A stretch of 64,000 nt of DNA from Thermodesulfobacteriota bacterium. Lineage in GTDB: Bacteria > Desulfobacterota_D > UBA1144 > Nemesobacterales > UBA2774. Both the position numbers and the translations under genes were made by a program. Of the stretch, positions 62,078 to 64,000 are shown piece by piece. The notes under the pieces were generated by a model. That model ran no database searches. It was not told where the DNA came from and worked only from the letters and a program-made list of their open reading frames with translations. The stretch lies in assembly GCA_963422265.1 (NCBI GenBank), contig OY729416.1, positions 576,001 through 640,000 on the forward strand, read 5' to 3'. The number at the start of each line of letters is the position of its first letter. Position 1 is the first letter of the stretch.

Positions 62078-63052
62078 TCACAACCAGATACCCATATACT
62101 CCAACGCGCGTTTTATGCTAGCCGGCGTTTGAGTTTCTCCGCGGCAGCTATACCAGCACGACGTGCACTCAGTTTTGTCATAAAGGTTGGGATGGTATTC
62201 TGAATAATGAGTGGTTACTGGCATCTCAGAGCAACGTTTGAGATGCCCGCTAGGAGTTACCTGTATGTGCGTGATACCTGCTGTGCAACCTGGCAAGCCA
62301 CCCGTCTTAAAGTATCTGGGTATCTCTCTTAAATAATACTCCGTTGAAAGAATTGTGCCTTTAAGCTCTTTTCTCAATCTCATAAGCTCGTCTATTACAC
62401 CTTGCACTCTCTCAATTTTCTCGCGTTGAACAAAGTGATCTTCGTTATTGGTTTTCATTACGGAATAAGCACTGAATGATATAGCAATACGCCATTCATG
62501 TGCTTTATGCACAAGCTCCGGAATATACTCCAGGTTGTCGTCCATAATAATCGTATTCATAATAATCTGTTTATGCCTGTATTTCTTTCCGAGTTCGGGG
62601 AGCATATTGGACAATTTATTCCAAAGCCCTGGCACCCCTCTGTAAACGTCGTGCCGCTCACTAGGAAAATCCACTGACACGGCTATCTGGTTTATCCCGG
62701 CGTCAAAAAGCTCATCGGCTTTTTGAACCGTCAGTAGATCGCCTTTCGTCACCATAGAAGTGAAAATAAAGTATGAACATTCTTTGATCTGTCGGACGAT
62801 GTCTGGGAGATCTTTTCTAAGCATAGGCTCGCCGCCCGTTATCACCGCAACGAGAGGATTGATCTTTCTTATAACAGGTCGGTAGTCATAGATACGCTCT
62901 TCATGACGCGTCTGCCAGTAATCACAAAAGTCACACTTGGCGTTACAAAGTTTTGTAACTTCCAAATTTATTAGCTTTGGTCTTCCAGCCAACCGGTTCT
63001 GAAAGTGCTTTATCGCGCCTTTTATGCCTTCTTGAGGTGTAAGCATCCGCAT
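62078..63052 (-). CDS. Radical SAM protein with C-terminal SPASM/twitch-like cysteines
   Basis: CNAKCDFC, TGGEP, CTAG...G.LKRC, CTSCWYSC; probable ATG at 63052. Confidence 0.85.
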   Translation of the reverse strand: MRMLTPQEGIKGAIKHFQNRLAGRPKLINLEVTKLCNAKCDFCDYWQTRHEERIYDYRPVIRKINPLVAVITGGEPMLRKDLPDIVRQIKECSYFIFTSMVTKGDLLTVQKADELFDAGINQIAVSVDFPSERHDVYRGVPGLWNKLSNMLPELGKKYRHKQIIMNTIIMDDNLEYIPELVHKAHEWRIAISFSAYSVMKTNNEDHFVQREKIERVQGVIDELMRLRKELKGTILSTEYYLREIPRYFKTGGLPGCTAGITHIQVTPSGHLKRCSEMPVTTHYSEYHPNLYDKTECTSCWYSCRGETQTPASIKRALEYMGIWL

Positions 63053-63174
63053 ATTTATACATGAAACCAAGAACCTTTTCAAGTAATCTGATAGAATGTA
63101 GGGTAGTATGATTTTATATCTACCCTCACAGCGTGTTGACTTAATCAATTAGATTTAGTTAAATAAACTACAAT

Positions 63175-63531
63175 ATGTCCAAAAGAGAGATATCGGTTGA
63201 ACTATTTCAATGCGATTACAAAGATGAGAATGGGCTACGCTGCGCCAATGATGGGAACAGGGAAGCCATTAGGATTTGCTGCGTATGCGGCAAGGACGTC
63301 TGTAAAATGCACTCTGATCTAAGCACGATAACAGTAAGGGGCTTAAAAGCCCCGCATTTTAACAATATGCCGGTGGTAGGTCAATATCGCTACGTGTATA
63401 GCTTCTGCGTAGATCACGTTGATGAATTGAAAAAGATTTTAACAGACAGATTTGGTGATAGCTATGAAGTTCCCTCAACTACGTTCGGGGGCGCCCCGAG
63501 CGCGACTGGCACCCCCAGTAGTCCATACTGA
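63175..63531 (+). CDS. Small Cys/His-rich putative zinc-finger protein (paralog 1)
   Basis: FQCDY...RC...CCVCGKDVCKMH...FCVDH. Confidence 0.75.
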   Translation: MSKREISVELFQCDYKDENGLRCANDGNREAIRICCVCGKDVCKMHSDLSTITVRGLKAPHFNNMPVVGQYRYVYSFCVDHVDELKKILTDRFGDSYEVPSTTFGGAPSATGTPSSPY

Positions 63532-63598
63532 TTGAAGACATAGAACTATTAAACACAATACCAAGCCGCGTCGCTTAATCCAATTTTATAATACGGTT

Positions 63599-63895
63599 AT
63601 GTCTAAGAAACAGATACAATTAGAGTTGTTTCAGTGTGATTATGAAAATGAGAGTGGCGAGCGCTGCTTAAGGGGCGGAGATAGAGAAGCAATCAAGGTC
63701 TGTGGCGTGTGCGGAAAGGATATTTGCATAGCGCATTACGAGCTAACCACCGTCACGTTTCACGCTACAAGGGATCATTTCACTTACTACTTTTGTCCAA
63801 ATCACACTGATGAGTTTAGACGGATACTGATAGATAAATACGGCGATACCAGTCCTATCCCACAAACCGGCTACGGTGTTACGCTCAACTGCTAA
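63599..63895 (+). CDS. Small Cys/His-rich putative zinc-finger protein (paralog 2)
   Basis: FQCDY...RC...CGVCGKDICIAH...FCPNH. Confidence 0.75.
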   Translation: MSKKQIQLELFQCDYENESGERCLRGGDREAIKVCGVCGKDICIAHYELTTVTFHATRDHFTYYFCPNHTDEFRRILIDKYGDTSPIPQTGYGVTLNC

Positions 63896-64000
63896 TCGTA
63901 TCCTAATAAGCATTGACTTATTCCTTCAATTTTAGTTTAATTTATACGTGAGGCCCCCGTATCATGAAGTGAGAATCAGCGCGTTAGGAGGAAATCAATG

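Noticed and set aside
63136-63941. Two similar TTGACTTA...TTTAGTT.AAT motifs (63136 and 63913) as a shared regulator site
   Set aside because: Adequately explained as ordinary AT-rich sigma70-like promoters; too little information to claim more.

Overview
Bacterial chromosomal window. The housekeeping genes look broadly Desulfobacterota/Dadabacteria-like, but taxonomy cannot be confirmed from the sequence alone. About 1-33.5 kb and 52-64 kb are core genes (mtaB, mnmA, rplU-rpmA, gltA, ptsP, rmuC, pyrG, rdgB, ssrA-smpB-dtd, clpB, recF, a CDC48-type ATPase, pilD, hemG/Y, cysS, tRNA-Thr). Between tRNA-Ser(GCT) at 33.6 kb and recF at 52 kb is an ~18 kb accessory/defence hotspot. It holds gene remnants, tRNA-Arg(ACG) plus a degenerate duplicate with its upstream region, and an operon of PLD-nuclease/SF2 helicase, MazEF, N6-adenine methyltransferase and an FRG-domain protein with near-identical 102-bp TPR repeats. 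It also holds a hairpin-rich non-coding kilobase, a Cre-like tyrosine recombinase, and genes or remnants that each follow a 7-nt-periodic palindrome (three copies, two identical over 81 bp). The best candidates for an undescribed system are (i) the recombinase plus palindrome-delimited defence cassettes and (ii) the R-M-coupled FRG-TPR protein. All calls are by motif recognition; no database searches were run.
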